A DNA stretch of 64,000 bases, from NCBI GenBank assembly GCA_037443035.1, contig JBBIPC010000007.1:1-64000 (forward strand). The letters run 5' to 3'. The notes below the pieces were generated by a model. That model was given only the letters and a program-made list of their open reading frames with translations. It did not search any database and had not been told where the DNA came from. Each line of letters starts with the position of its first letter. Position 1 is the first letter of the stretch. A program made the translations under genes and the position numbers. This document shows, in pieces, positions 9,543-19,880 of this stretch. The DNA comes from Chthonomonadales bacterium (lineage in GTDB: Bacteria; Armatimonadota; Chthonomonadetes; Chthonomonadales; CAJBBX01).

Positions 9543-10426
9543 CCCAGTACCTTTCCCAACCACACGAAAACCACGAATGCCAAACCAAGCGCGACCATCT
9601 CCGCAGTATCGTGAGCACGATGGAGCCCGGCGGAACCCCATGCTGACGTGACAGCGATGAGGCCCGCGACACGGAGCACATTGGCTAGTACAGCGACAGG
9701 TATGGCTAACAGACACAGGATCACACGCTTCACCGCACTGGCACGCATGATGAAGCCGTAAAGGAATGCGAAGGCCAGCAGTGCCACCGTCTTCTTGTAG
9801 CCGCTGCAGGTATCCGCCACCTCCACCACATAGCCTGGTATTTCGATCCGGTTGCCCTCCCGAAGTACGGTGTATCCTAAGAAGGACATCAGATGGGCCG
9901 CGCCAATCGCGCTGAGCGATTGGATTTTCAGATTGACGGGCTCGATCAACCTATTGGGCCACGTACCTGCAAACAGTAGGAAAAACACAGGAAAACGGAC
10001 AGTTCTCCAGACGTCCCGCCCGTACAGAGCGAGTGTGGTCCCGGCCAGTACAGTCACGAACGCCCACATGCCCACATGCGGAAATCGCAGGAACCACGAC
10101 GCCATGTGTGCAGCCACTCCCACAATAACCAGTAACGCACCAAGGGCTGTCCCTTTCCAGGTCACACCATTCAGCCGGTCCCGACGCAGCCAGACCAGGC
10201 CGGCACTGATGGGGAGGATGAGCCAGCCGTGAGAGTACCGTTCGTCGGTCGCCCACTCATGCGCGTACTCCACGATTACCGGCGCGAACGCTACGACGAT
10301 AGCGACCCAGACGGCCCAGTACGCAGGAGGATTCTTAGGCGGCAGAACCCTCTCGGACACCGTGCTCGCCGCAGGGTCTTCTGCCCCTTTCTCAGTCGCA
10401 CCAGCATCAATCGTTACTGTCTGAAT
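9518..10426 (-). CDS. Exosortase/archaeosortase-family transpeptidase (EpsH-like); start uncertain, possibly ATT at 10426
   Basis: Multi-TM; YSHGWLILP; catalytic triad VADTCSG (Cys), ANVLRV (Arg), AHD (His). Confidence 0.88.
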   Translation of the reverse strand: MQTVTIDAGATEKGAEDPAASTVSERVLPPKNPPAYWAVWVAIVVAFAPVIVEYAHEWATDERYSHGWLILPISAGLVWLRRDRLNGVTWKGTALGALLVIVGVAAHMASWFLRFPHVGMWAFVTVLAGTTLALYGRDVWRTVRFPVFFLLFAGTWPNRLIEPVNLKIQSLSAIGAAHLMSFLGYTVLREGNRIEIPGYVVEVADTCSGYKKTVALLAFAFLYGFIMRASAVKRVILCLLAIPVAVLANVLRVAGLIAVTSAWGSAGLHRAHDTAEMVALGLAFVVFVWLGKVLGCRLPERL

Positions 10427-10448
10427 GGCGTGTCTCCTCCACCCGCCC

Positions 10449-10477
10449 ATTGTCCCTACACGGTCTGGCCATGTCAA
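10449..10477 (-). promoter_or_regulatory. Candidate sigma70 promoter of the exosortase-epsI-prsA unit
   Basis: Minus strand TTGACA (10477-10472), 17 nt, GACAAT (10454-10449), followed by GGAGGAG at 10440-10434. Confidence 0.5.
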
Positions 10478-10566
10478 GTACTACCTATGTCGGGCATGGT
10501 ACACCGTCTATACGCGTCCCTATTCTGCCGCGTCTCCCATCAGCTTGTAGGGTACAGTAGCGTTCC

Positions 10567-11595
10567 ATGAACCATCAGGCAGTAGCGGCCCAAGGCCCAC
10601 CGCTACTCGAGGTCGCCAACCTGGCGACCCATTTCAGGGTCGGCACTCGCGCTGTCCCTGCCGTCCGCAACGTCACCTTCGAGATTCGACGGGGCGAGAT
10701 GGTTGGCCTTGTCGGCGAGTCTGGGTGTGGCAAGTCGGTAACCGCTCTGTCCATCTTGCGACTCCTGCCCGATGCTCCGGCATGCGTCGTCGAGGGTTCC
10801 GTTCGCCTTGACGGTGCTGATATCCTGCAGATGACCAGACAGGAGCTTCTCGATATTCGCGGTCGGCGGATTGCCATGGTCTTCCAGGATCCATTCTCGA
10901 GCCTGAACCCGACCATGACCCTTGGCGCGCAGATCATGGAGGCGATCCGCATTCATACCGGTGCCAGCCACCGCGAGGCGCGACAGCGGGCCATCTCCTT
11001 GCTTCGCTCGGTTCGTATCCCAGATCCAGAGCAGTGTCTGCGCCGCTATCCCCACGAAGTTAGCGGCGGCCAGCGCCAGCGCGTCATGATCGCCATGGCC
11101 TTCGCATGTCAGCCCGACCTCATCCTGGCGGACGAACCCACCACAGCGCTCGACGTCACGGTCCAAGCACAGGTCCTCGCTCTCATGACCGAACTGCGGC
11201 GGGAAACCGGTACGGCGATTCTCCTTATCACCCACGACCTCGGCGTCGTAGCCGAGACTTGCGACCGTGTGCTCGTCATGTACGCCGGGAGCGTTGTCGA
11301 GGAAGCCCCTGTAGACGAGCTATTCAGAAACCCGCGACACCCCTATACGCGCGGTCTGCTGGCATCCCTGCCAAGCCTCAGAGGTTCGCGCATTCGACGA
11401 CTCCCTTCGATCCCAGGTCAGCCACCCATCCTGACTGACCAGCCATCCGGATGTGCCTTCGCAGAACGATGCTCGGAGGTCATGCCGGAATGCCGGCACG
11501 CGGAGCCCGGTCGGGCAGTGTTCGCCGATGGGACAGCTGTGCGTTGTCACCTCTACCGACGTGAAGGCCAGGGGAGTTCCTCAGACACTGGCTGA
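10567..11595 (+). CDS. oppD: Oligopeptide/dipeptide ABC transporter ATP-binding protein (OppD/DppD-like)
   Basis: GESGCGKS Walker [25 protein letters not shown]-terminal HPYTRGLL and Cys cluster. No permease or binding-protein genes adjacent. Confidence 0.88.
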   Translation: MNHQAVAAQGPPLLEVANLATHFRVGTRAVPAVRNVTFEIRRGEMVGLVGESGCGKSVTALSILRLLPDAPACVVEGSVRLDGADILQMTRQELLDIRGRRIAMVFQDPFSSLNPTMTLGAQIMEAIRIHTGASHREARQRAISLLRSVRIPDPEQCLRRYPHEVSGGQRQRVMIAMAFACQPDLILADEPTTALDVTVQAQVLALMTELRRETGTAILLITHDLGVVAETCDRVLVMYAGSVVEEAPVDELFRNPRHPYTRGLLASLPSLRGSRIRRLPSIPGQPPILTDQPSGCAFAERCSEVMPECRHAEPGRAVFADGTAVRCHLYRREGQGSSSDTG

Positions 11596-13980
11596 GTAGG
11601 AGAGCGCCTCTGTCGGCGGCGACTCGGGCCGCTCGTGCGGGAGCGTGAACGTGAAGGTCGCTCCCTCGTCCACCTTCGATTGCGCGCTGACTTCGCCACC
11701 ATGCCGCTTGATGATTCTCTTGACGATTGCCAAACCAACGCCCACGCCTTCGAACTGTTCCGCCGAGTGGAAACGCTGGAAGACGTTGAACAGCCTCTCG
11801 GCGTAGTCCGGGTCGAATCCTACGCCGTTGTCACGTACCGCATACGTCACCATGCCAGACGCGATGCCTGGGCTGAACACTTCCACTCGCGGATTCGGTC
11901 GAGTGCGTGAGTACTTCAGGGCGTTGCTGAGGAGATTCGAGAGCACCTGCGTAATCAGCACAGGATCGCCGTAACACTTAGGCAGAGACTCGATGACCAC
12001 CTCCGCGCGTTGCACCAGGGTTTGGTCCTGCATTCGAAGCGCTGCTTGGACGAGGCTTTGCATCTCCAATGGCCGCCAGTTGATGCTCTGACGTCCGCAA
12101 CGCGAGAACGCCAGGAGCTCCTCGATGAGCGTGTTCATCAGGCTCACGTTTTCCACGATGAACTTCAGGTAGTCTCGCGGCGTCCCCTCCAAGAGGTTGC
12201 CGACTTCCTCGACCAGGGCCGTCGAGAAACCGTTGATCGCCCTGAGCGGCGCCTTCAGATCGTGGGTGATGCTGAACGCGAAGGAATCGAGGTCCTCGAT
12301 GGCCTCTCGCATGGCAGCCGTACGCTCCTGGACAAGCTGTCCAAGGCGGCTATTCAGCGCCTCGAGTTCTCTCCGCGAAGCCTCCAGCTCCCGTTCGGTG
12401 AGGATTCGCTCCGTAATGTCCACATCCATGCAGTAAACGCAGGTAGTCTCGCCCGAAGTTCGCACTGGCACCATCGTGGACATCACGTGCCGCGTCTCAC
12501 CTGATCGAGTCGTGACTTCCCAATACTCGACGGGCGTAGGTTCGCCGTTCTGCCAGATGCGCTCCAGCGTCTCCTCGAAACGCCCCCTATCCTCTGGACG
12601 AATCAGGAAATCCTGGAGTCTGCGGCCCAGCACCTCATCGCGCTCATAACCATAGAGGGCGGTGCAGGCTTGGTTCCAGAGAACGACTGTTCCGTCGCGG
12701 CTGTAGCCCTGGATGGCTACAAGGGGTGCGTTCTCGATCAGGGTCGTGACTCTTGCCACGGCATCTTCCAGGGCGTCACGGTTCCGTATCTCCTCCGTGA
12801 TGTCCTGCACCATGCCGAAGGACCCGACATAGGTCCCGTCATCGTCGTAGATCGGCGATGCGGCGATGCGCGCCCACATGATAGACCCATCGCTACGAAC
12901 GAATCGGTGTTCGTAGTTCTCTACCGCTCCTGCAACGCGCTTCTCCATCCTCCGCCGGTATGGCTCCACGTCTTCCGCCTGCATGAACGCTTCGGGCTTC
13001 TTGCCCAGCATCTCGTGGCGCGCGTAACCGAGCATGGCTGCCAACCGATCGTTGACGAAGGTGGTGCGGTCGGACTCATCCGTCGTCCAGATCCCTTCCT
13101 GAGTCGTTTCGAGCACGCGTCTATAGCGCGTCTGGCTGGCTCTCAGAGCCTCCGCGATGCGCCGGCGCTCCTGAATATCCTCGCAGTTGAGCACAATACC
13201 GTGAACCCCCGGTACCCGCATCTGGTTGGATGCCACGACTCGAAACCACCGCCATTCCCCGCGCTTCGTCTTGACGCGCGTTTCGAGGGAGATGGTGCTC
13301 ATCTCTTTAGAGAGGAGCGTATTCCAGCTATCGGTGAGCCGAGGTAGGTCGGCTGGATGCAATACAGCGGAGAGGTGGTAGCCCTTGACTTCGTCGTCCG
13401 ACCAGCCCAGCAGCGCTTCCATGCTCGGCGAGATGAACCGCACGGTCCCGTCACCTTCCACCACCGCCACAGCTTGACCAGAGCTCCGTACCGTCGCTTG
13501 GAACTGCTCCTCCGAATCCCTGAGCAATGACGCCTGTTGACCGACCATGTCCCTGACGCGATCGCGCGCAGTCCGCAGTTGCTTGTTGATGGCGTCCATG
13601 CGCAGAAGAAGGTTCATCCGGTGCGCGATCATGGCGTCGTCGGCATCAGCAGAAATGACGTCGTCCGCACCGCACCTGACCGCCTCCTCCAAGACGTCGC
13701 CCGTTAGGGGATCGCGTGCCGCGAACAGAATCGGAAGGCATTCCCAACCTGGCAACGATCGAGCTGCCCTGACGAACTCCTCTAGGGGTGTGCCTCCGAG
13801 ATACACGAGGGTATCCGGAGGTGCCTGTGGCGCCGCCGCATATGGTGGCATCGTGTTGTCCGCCACGGCGACACCGTTGTCGCCAGCTAGACCTGCGGCG
13901 ATCCTTGCGAAGCGCTCCCTGGTAGCATCCGAAGGACCCACGATAAGGATCGAGGAACGTCTAGCAGCCACCGCACTCAT
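11581..13980 (-). CDS. Cytoplasmic multi-PAS sensor histidine kinase with a degenerate N-terminal receiver-like domain
   Basis: Three PAS/PAC repeats, SITHDLKAPLRAI H-box, NLLSNALKY N-box, DNGVGF, FEGVGVGLAIV; no TM helix. Confidence 0.9.
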   Translation of the reverse strand: MSAVAARRSSILIVGPSDATRERFARIAAGLAGDNGVAVADNTMPPYAAAPQAPPDTLVYLGGTPLEEFVRAARSLPGWECLPILFAARDPLTGDVLEEAVRCGADDVISADADDAMIAHRMNLLLRMDAINKQLRTARDRVRDMVGQQASLLRDSEEQFQATVRSSGQAVAVVEGDGTVRFISPSMEALLGWSDDEVKGYHLSAVLHPADLPRLTDSWNTLLSKEMSTISLETRVKTKRGEWRWFRVVASNQMRVPGVHGIVLNCEDIQERRRIAEALRASQTRYRRVLETTQEGIWTTDESDRTTFVNDRLAAMLGYARHEMLGKKPEAFMQAEDVEPYRRRMEKRVAGAVENYEHRFVRSDGSIMWARIAASPIYDDDGTYVGSFGMVQDITEEIRNRDALEDAVARVTTLIENAPLVAIQGYSRDGTVVLWNQACTALYGYERDEVLGRRLQDFLIRPEDRGRFEETLERIWQNGEPTPVEYWEVTTRSGETRHVMSTMVPVRTSGETTCVYCMDVDITERILTERELEASRRELEALNSRLGQLVQERTAAMREAIEDLDSFAFSITHDLKAPLRAINGFSTALVEEVGNLLEGTPRDYLKFIVENVSLMNTLIEELLAFSRCGRQSINWRPLEMQSLVQAALRMQDQTLVQRAEVVIESLPKCYGDPVLITQVLSNLLSNALKYSRTRPNPRVEVFSPGIASGMVTYAVRDNGVGFDPDYAERLFNVFQRFHSAEQFEGVGVGLAIVKRIIKRHGGEVSAQSKVDEGATFTFTLPHERPESPPTEALSYSASV

Positions 13981-14052
13981 CCATCATGCATCTTACCGCA
14001 ACTCACTGGCTTCTGCAGGTCGGTCTGGAGCTCATGCACCCTCTTTTCAACG

Positions 14053-16446
14053 TTACCGACCTTGTCTCTGGGAACGTACGGTCGCCCGTTCCCCTGAGCC
14101 GTCCCACACAACCACATCCCCTGGCTTCGCTGTCAACTGGACTGTTCGGTCGCGGTACCTGAGGACTAGGTTCGCTGCCTGACTAGCCAAGAGCCGGACC
14201 TCCTGCAAGGTACCGTCTGTCCATGCCATGTCCACCTCGAAACCACCTCGCGCTCGAAGGCCCTTGACCTGTCCCGACCTCCAGGCAGCAGGAAGCGCTG
14301 GCAGGAGCGCGATCTCCCCAGCGTGGCTCTGCAGCAGCATCTCTGCGACGCCAGCCGTACCCCCGAAGTTCCCGTCAATCTGGAATGGCGGATGGTTGTC
14401 GAACAGATTGGGCAGTGTGGACCGGCTAAGCAATGCACGCAGATGGTGATGGGCCTGTTCGCCGTCCTCCAGCCTCGCGAACAGGTTCACGATCCATGCT
14501 CTGCTCCATCCCGTGTGCCCTCCACCTGCGGCTAGGCGCCGTTCCAGAGTCACTCGAGCCGCTCTCGCCAGGTCCGGTGTACCGCGAAGCGTGATCTCGG
14601 CGCCGGGATAGAGTCCGTAGAGGTGGGAGATGTGGCGATGTCCAGGCTCCACCTCCTCGAAATCCTCGATCCATTCCTGTAACTGCCCGTGGCGGCCGAT
14701 CTGCAAAGGCGCCAGTCTCCCGCGGGCAGTCTCCAGCCTGGACACGAGATCAGCGTCACGTCCCAGTATGCGACCCGCGGCTGCCACTGTACCGAATAGC
14801 TCTCGCAGGATCTCCATATCCATGGTGGGGCCGTAGCATACACTCGCTGTCTGACCGTCGGGTGTCCGGAACGCGTTCTCAGGCGAGTTCGAAGGCGCCG
14901 TTACTAACCACCCATGACGGGGTTCCTCCACTAGGAACTCAAGGAAGAAGCGGGCACTATCGCGCAGTATCGGGTAGGCCCACTCGAGGTATCGCCTGTC
15001 TTCATGGAAGAGGTAATGCTCCCACAGATGCCGGCAGAGCCATGCACCTGCTGCGGGGAACTGCCCCCATGATGGATGCTCGCCCGGGGACGTGAAACCC
15101 CATATGTTGGAGATGGTATGGACAACCCAGCCATCGAGACCGTACTGGATGCGCGCTGTCTTCCTACCAGGCTCTACCAGACTGGCAATGAACTTGAGAA
15201 AGGGCTCGTGGCACTCGGCCAGATTCGTCGTTTCCGCCGGCCAGTAGTTCATCTGGTCATTGATATTGTGGTGATAGTCCCCGTTCCATGGCGTCTGGAT
15301 ACTCTCGGACCAGATGCCCTGGAGGTTGGCGGGCAAGCCTCCTGGACGTGAACTGGAAATGAGCAGGTAGCGGCCGTACTGGAAATAGAGTGTCTCGAGA
15401 CCCGGGTCGGCAGAACCACTTGCGTACGCACGAAGCCGTTCGTCGGTGGGAAGGGATTTCCGGTCTGGCCCCTGCAGCTCCAGGGCTACACGGTTGAACA
15501 AGGACTGGAAGTCGCGGACGTGTTCTTCCCGCAGGCTCTCGATGCTCCGCGCTTCCGCATGGCGGATCCTCTCGGCAGTCGTTTTCACGGGGTCCGTGCC
15601 TCGATAGCTCGTCGCTGCCGAGACGAGGAGCGTTACGGCGTTGGCGCCTGTTACCCGCAGTCCGTCGTCCTGTGCCCGAACGGACCCGCCCTGCGTTACG
15701 GCCTGAAGCCTGGCGACATAGCGCATCCCTCGTCCCTGCGACAGAACGCCCGTCATGCTCAGACCTCGCGGCCCGTCTGCTCGCACTTCCGCGCACTCCG
15801 GCCTGGACAGGGTGGCGGTGAACGTGATGGAGCGCGGTCGGTCACAGGTCAGGCGGACGACGAAGCATCCGGCTGGAGCCGAGGCGAAGACCTCCCTGCG
15901 ATAGGTTCCCGTCGCGGTGCGATAGGAGACGGACGCGATCGCCGTCGAGAGATCCAGATCGCGCTTGTAGTCCGTATAGTCGTCGTGCCCATCGAACGCT
16001 ATGCGTAGGTCACCCAGCGTCTCGTACGAGCCGTAGGGCCCCTTCGCGCCATTGCCACTTCCCGATCCCGGCCCCTTGCATACGAGTTTCTCGAACGTCA
16101 GTCTCTGTGCCTCTGCGTACTTCCCCTGAAAGAGGAGCTTTCGGATCTCCGGCAGCGCTGCCGCTGCGTCCGGATTGTCGGCGTCTTGGGGCCAGCCAGA
16201 CCACAGCGACGACTCGTTGAGTTGGATGCGCTCCACTGGCACACCGCCGAACACCATACCGCCCAGCCTGCCATTGCCCACAGGCAGAGCCCGCGTCCAT
16301 GCTTTGGAGTTCTGCCAGGTCCAGCCGCTCTCTTTCTCTCCTGGTTCCGTCGCCGGTTGCCGATACCAAAGCCTGAGATCGGCGCCTGCAGATGGCGCAG
16401 CAAGGGATGCCAGCAAGCCAACGACGAACAACACTGCCAATGACAT
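14053..16446 (-). CDS. Secreted alpha-L-fucosidase, GH95
   Basis: LWYRQPA, ALPVGNGRLGGMVFG, FQYGRYLLISSSR, ANLQGIW, HRHISHLYGLYP, PPFQIDGNFGGTAGVAEMLLQSH. RBS before ATG 16446. Confidence 0.93.
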   Translation of the reverse strand: MSLAVLFVVGLLASLAAPSAGADLRLWYRQPATEPGEKESGWTWQNSKAWTRALPVGNGRLGGMVFGGVPVERIQLNESSLWSGWPQDADNPDAAAALPEIRKLLFQGKYAEAQRLTFEKLVCKGPGSGSGNGAKGPYGSYETLGDLRIAFDGHDDYTDYKRDLDLSTAIASVSYRTATGTYRREVFASAPAGCFVVRLTCDRPRSITFTATLSRPECAEVRADGPRGLSMTGVLSQGRGMRYVARLQAVTQGGSVRAQDDGLRVTGANAVTLLVSAATSYRGTDPVKTTAERIRHAEARSIESLREEHVRDFQSLFNRVALELQGPDRKSLPTDERLRAYASGSADPGLETLYFQYGRYLLISSSRPGGLPANLQGIWSESIQTPWNGDYHHNINDQMNYWPAETTNLAECHEPFLKFIASLVEPGRKTARIQYGLDGWVVHTISNIWGFTSPGEHPSWGQFPAAGAWLCRHLWEHYLFHEDRRYLEWAYPILRDSARFFLEFLVEEPRHGWLVTAPSNSPENAFRTPDGQTASVCYGPTMDMEILRELFGTVAAAGRILGRDADLVSRLETARGRLAPLQIGRHGQLQEWIEDFEEVEPGHRHISHLYGLYPGAEITLRGTPDLARAARVTLERRLAAGGGHTGWSRAWIVNLFARLEDGEQAHHHLRALLSRSTLPNLFDNHPPFQIDGNFGGTAGVAEMLLQSHAGEIALLPALPAAWRSGQVKGLRARGGFEVDMAWTDGTLQEVRLLASQAANLVLRYRDRTVQLTAKPGDVVVWDGSGERATVRSQRQGR

Positions 16447-16484
16447 GTTCCCTCCCGTTCCCGGGCCCAACCTGACGACCCTCC

Positions 16485-19400
16485 TTACCCCGAACCGCGC
16501 ATGCCTAGTAACGTGGTCAGGTGCGGATCCGCCCAGGCGGCCCAGTCGAAGTCATACGCGCCCAGGGCATCTGTTACCAGTGTCAGCAGGATCTCTTTCC
16601 CGGCATACGCGCTTAGGTCTACCACAACGGGTGTCCAGCCCGTGCCTGGTTTCGAGTCCTTCGCGAAGAGTTGCCGACCGTTGACCTCCACTCGGAAGCC
16701 GACGCCAGTGGACTTGGACCCATCGCGGATTCCCGTGGCCGTTACGAGACGGCACGGTGTTTCCGGTAGCTTCAAGTGGTAGTCGAGCAACGTGCACCCT
16801 TGGCGGGGAGGATGCGCGTGGATCGCGGGACGCTCGACGCCGCCACAAACCGCGGGACCGACACCCGGCGCGAACTGCGGCGCTCCCCCTTCCATCCCGC
16901 TCTCGCTCCGCGTACGCGCTGTCAAGGGTAGGTCCGCTAACCTGAGCAACACCCCCTGTGCGTCCGGCGTGCCCGGGACGGTCACCGGGTCCGCGAATGG
17001 TATCGTCACGACGTTGGGGAGCGGCAGCGTGATGCTAACACCGTTCGTCCGGCGTCCTACGATGGCCTCTCCCCCAGCCAGGAGGACACGTCCAACGGGC
17101 TTCGTGCCGGAGATCATGATCTCTCCTCGCGGTCCCGCACCAGGCGCCTGCTCCACCACGATGCGAGGCTGATCCAATCGGCCCCAGTCGAAGGTAGGAT
17201 CCCCCGCAGGACCCGCGTCTGCTTCCAGCAGCAGAACGATGCGCTTTCCTTGGAACCGAGAAAGGTTCAGGCGGATTGGTCGTGTCTCGCCCGGGACAGC
17301 AAGGACGTTGGTCACAAGCCGCTGGTCTGGCTCGTCTTCCGGCCAGACGGCCGCCGTGAATCGAACGCCATCCGTCTCGCCAGCCCCAGGGCGTATCTCG
17401 GCCCCGGCCTCCAAGCGCAGCTCGGCCACCTGCGGTAGTCTCAGGCGATACTCCACGAACGTCCGTAGACCCATGCGGCTTGCTCGATCCGCCGGAAGCC
17501 CCTTCCACGGCGGGTGCATGTAAAGCCCGTCACCGTCCGGCTTGACCACACCGCCGCTAGCATCGTCACTGCAGGAGACGCCTGGCACCTTCACGGCACG
17601 TCCGCTCGGTCCCACTACTCCCGCGTGGGCTGTCTTCGCCTCCTCCCAGAGCCGCAGAGTCCTCATCCCGGCTTGGTGGGAAGTCAGCTCGATGCGGAAC
17701 AGGTCCCCATGACGACCTGCGCGTGCCACGTGCCAGCCCGATGGGATCGCCTCCACGTGCAGCGCTGTGAGGTCCCTCGGTTCCGGCGTCCACTCGTAAC
17801 GTTGGCTGGGATCCAAGCCTAGTATCGTGTTGCGGTCGTAGGCAGGCCATCCCGGCACACTGCCAGGACCAGCGTACCGCTCCACCCCCTCCAGGCGCCG
17901 CTCCAGCGTGCGGTACTGCTGTTCGCCGGGCAACCGTAGCTGCAACGCCACACCCTGATCCGCAACGTACCGCAGCCTGCCCCCATCACCCACCCGCCAC
18001 ACGAATATCTCGCCAGGCTGCCAAGTGGCACTGAAGTCAGGGCTGAGAACATATCGCATGGCGAGACCGATCCGACGGAGAAGTCCGCGCACCGCTGGGG
18101 ACGGCGCCCTTAGCTGCTCCTGGCTCGGCCATGCGTAGGTGGGAATGACGCCGAACCGTTCGTAGGCGCGCATCCAGGCTCGGTACAGGTCTGGAGCGTG
18201 GTCGGGGTTCGGCATCCCGAGGTAGCCGTACATGCTCGTGTAGGGCAAGAGGACGGCCGAAGAAACCGGATGCGCCATGGCAATGCTCCGCTCGTTCCAT
18301 CGACCGGTCGTGTGATCCACGCCCCAGACGTGGCGCTGGGCGAACTCCTCGTACCTGCACGTGATCTCGTTCAGCCCCTCGCCACTCAGGGCGACATCGG
18401 GCAGTGCCTCCTTGAGTTCCTTGTGCAGTGCAAGGTTGCCCTCGGCGCAAGTCATACCGTCTATGCGTCCGTTGGCGTCGTTGAAAATGCACAGCGTCTG
18501 ATCCAGGTGCAAGGCATCGATGTCGTACTGCCTGCAGAACGTCTTCATACGCTCCACGAAGAGCTTCCGCCACTCGCGGCTGGCAGGGTTGATGTAGGCG
18601 AACCGGATCGGTGGGTCCGCCAGCTTCCAATCCCACCACAGGAGCTGCCCCGTCATCGGGTCCTTCATCTGGTAACGCCTGAATCGCTCGTACTCGGGGT
18701 TCTTGGGGTCGCAGCCGAAGTAGTTCACATGCGGCATGACGCGGAACCCCAGGCGATGCGCTTCGGCAACGAACGGCCCGAACTCTGGTGCCGCCGTGTA
18801 GTCGGGATAGTTTCGGTCATAGCCGTCCCGACGCCACCCTGGCACGTACAGCAGCGTGCGCTGGGGCACGACATGATGCGCCAATAGACGTATGGTCTGC
18901 AAGTCCGTGCCGACAATCGCGACGCTGCGAATCCCTGCAGCCCATGCGGGACGCTTTGCCGCCACGGCGCGCAAGACATACGTCTTCGCAGCCCAGCTTC
19001 GATACATGGCCGCTCCGACTTGCCAGGGTCCCGTGTATCCCCTGACGATCCATCGGCAGCCGGTCAGACTCCTCAGGCTCGACCATGGCGCCTGGTTCCG
19101 ACTCTCCAAGCTGATGCGGAAGCCGCCCACGAGCCGATCCACCGTCAACATCTTGGGTGTCATAGCAGGGTCCTCGGCCTGGATCAGCACTCCGCCGCGT
19201 GCTCCCTGGATGATCACGAACGGTGCTTCCCAGCCCATGGGGTAGTCGAACTCCCTCGTTTCGTAGGGTGCATCGGCACCGAACCGTTGACCGGAGTTAC
19301 CCGGCACCAGTACCTCGAACTTCTCTGGCACGTAAGCGATGCTCCACGCCACCCCATATAACCCAGGCTCCGAAGTAGCCGCTGACTGTTGCAGGGCTAT

Positions 19401-19742
19401 GCCGCCCTTCTTCTCCAGGTTCAGTCTGGTCGTCAGTCGGCCCTTGCCAGCCCATTGCAGCGTGCTGGAAGCACCGCCTTGTAGCGTGACGTCGCGGCTT
19501 TTCGGCGTCGCCGACGCTGTGCTCTCGCGTGCAGCCAGCGTGCCTCCGAGGCTTCGCAACGCAGGCAGCGAGCCAGCTTCAGCCCGTGGCGTTGCGTAGT
19601 TCTCGCCTGTCAATCGGTTAGCCAGGGAGACGACAACTCCCTGACGCATGCGCAGAGCGACGGTCGGAGCGGCGATGACAATATCCTGGGAAGGCGCAAC
19701 ATGGCCCGGCTGCATGCACAGGCACAGGAACGGCAGGATCAT
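16485..19742 (-). CDS. Putative glycoside hydrolase (TIM barrel, DUF6259-like) with two C-terminal NPCBM-like carbohydrate-binding modules
   Basis: WRRDGYDRNYPDY, AHRLGFRVMPHVN, NPASREWR, IDALHLDQ (GH27/36-clan-like); two modules with DG/TGV-x-F, DLS-x-Y/F-x-GK-x-I and FDW motifs. Confidence 0.6.
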   Translation of the reverse strand: MILPFLCLCMQPGHVAPSQDIVIAAPTVALRMRQGVVVSLANRLTGENYATPRAEAGSLPALRSLGGTLAARESTASATPKSRDVTLQGGASSTLQWAGKGRLTTRLNLEKKGGIALQQSAATSEPGLYGVAWSIAYVPEKFEVLVPGNSGQRFGADAPYETREFDYPMGWEAPFVIIQGARGGVLIQAEDPAMTPKMLTVDRLVGGFRISLESRNQAPWSSLRSLTGCRWIVRGYTGPWQVGAAMYRSWAAKTYVLRAVAAKRPAWAAGIRSVAIVGTDLQTIRLLAHHVVPQRTLLYVPGWRRDGYDRNYPDYTAAPEFGPFVAEAHRLGFRVMPHVNYFGCDPKNPEYERFRRYQMKDPMTGQLLWWDWKLADPPIRFAYINPASREWRKLFVERMKTFCRQYDIDALHLDQTLCIFNDANGRIDGMTCAEGNLALHKELKEALPDVALSGEGLNEITCRYEEFAQRHVWGVDHTTGRWNERSIAMAHPVSSAVLLPYTSMYGYLGMPNPDHAPDLYRAWMRAYERFGVIPTYAWPSQEQLRAPSPAVRGLLRRIGLAMRYVLSPDFSATWQPGEIFVWRVGDGGRLRYVADQGVALQLRLPGEQQYRTLERRLEGVERYAGPGSVPGWPAYDRNTILGLDPSQRYEWTPEPRDLTALHVEAIPSGWHVARAGRHGDLFRIELTSHQAGMRTLRLWEEAKTAHAGVVGPSGRAVKVPGVSCSDDASGGVVKPDGDGLYMHPPWKGLPADRASRMGLRTFVEYRLRLPQVAELRLEAGAEIRPGAGETDGVRFTAAVWPEDEPDQRLVTNVLAVPGETRPIRLNLSRFQGKRIVLLLEADAGPAGDPTFDWGRLDQPRIVVEQAPGAGPRGEIMISGTKPVGRVLLAGGEAIVGRRTNGVSITLPLPNVVTIPFADPVTVPGTPDAQGVLLRLADLPLTARTRSESGMEGGAPQFAPGVGPAVCGGVERPAIHAHPPRQGCTLLDYHLKLPETPCRLVTATGIRDGSKSTGVGFRVEVNGRQLFAKDSKPGTGWTPVVVDLSAYAGKEILLTLVTDALGAYDFDWAAWADPHLTTLLGMRGSG

Positions 19743-19880
19743 GTCATGGTCTCCTTACATCACGGTGGAGAGGATGGGACAACGGCTTGCGGTTGGCGTT
19801 CGAGTTGGAATCGCGGGCCAGGTTACCCCGAAGCGACATGCAGAACACGCTTCGCAGGCTCTTGCGCAGGTCGGGCAGTC

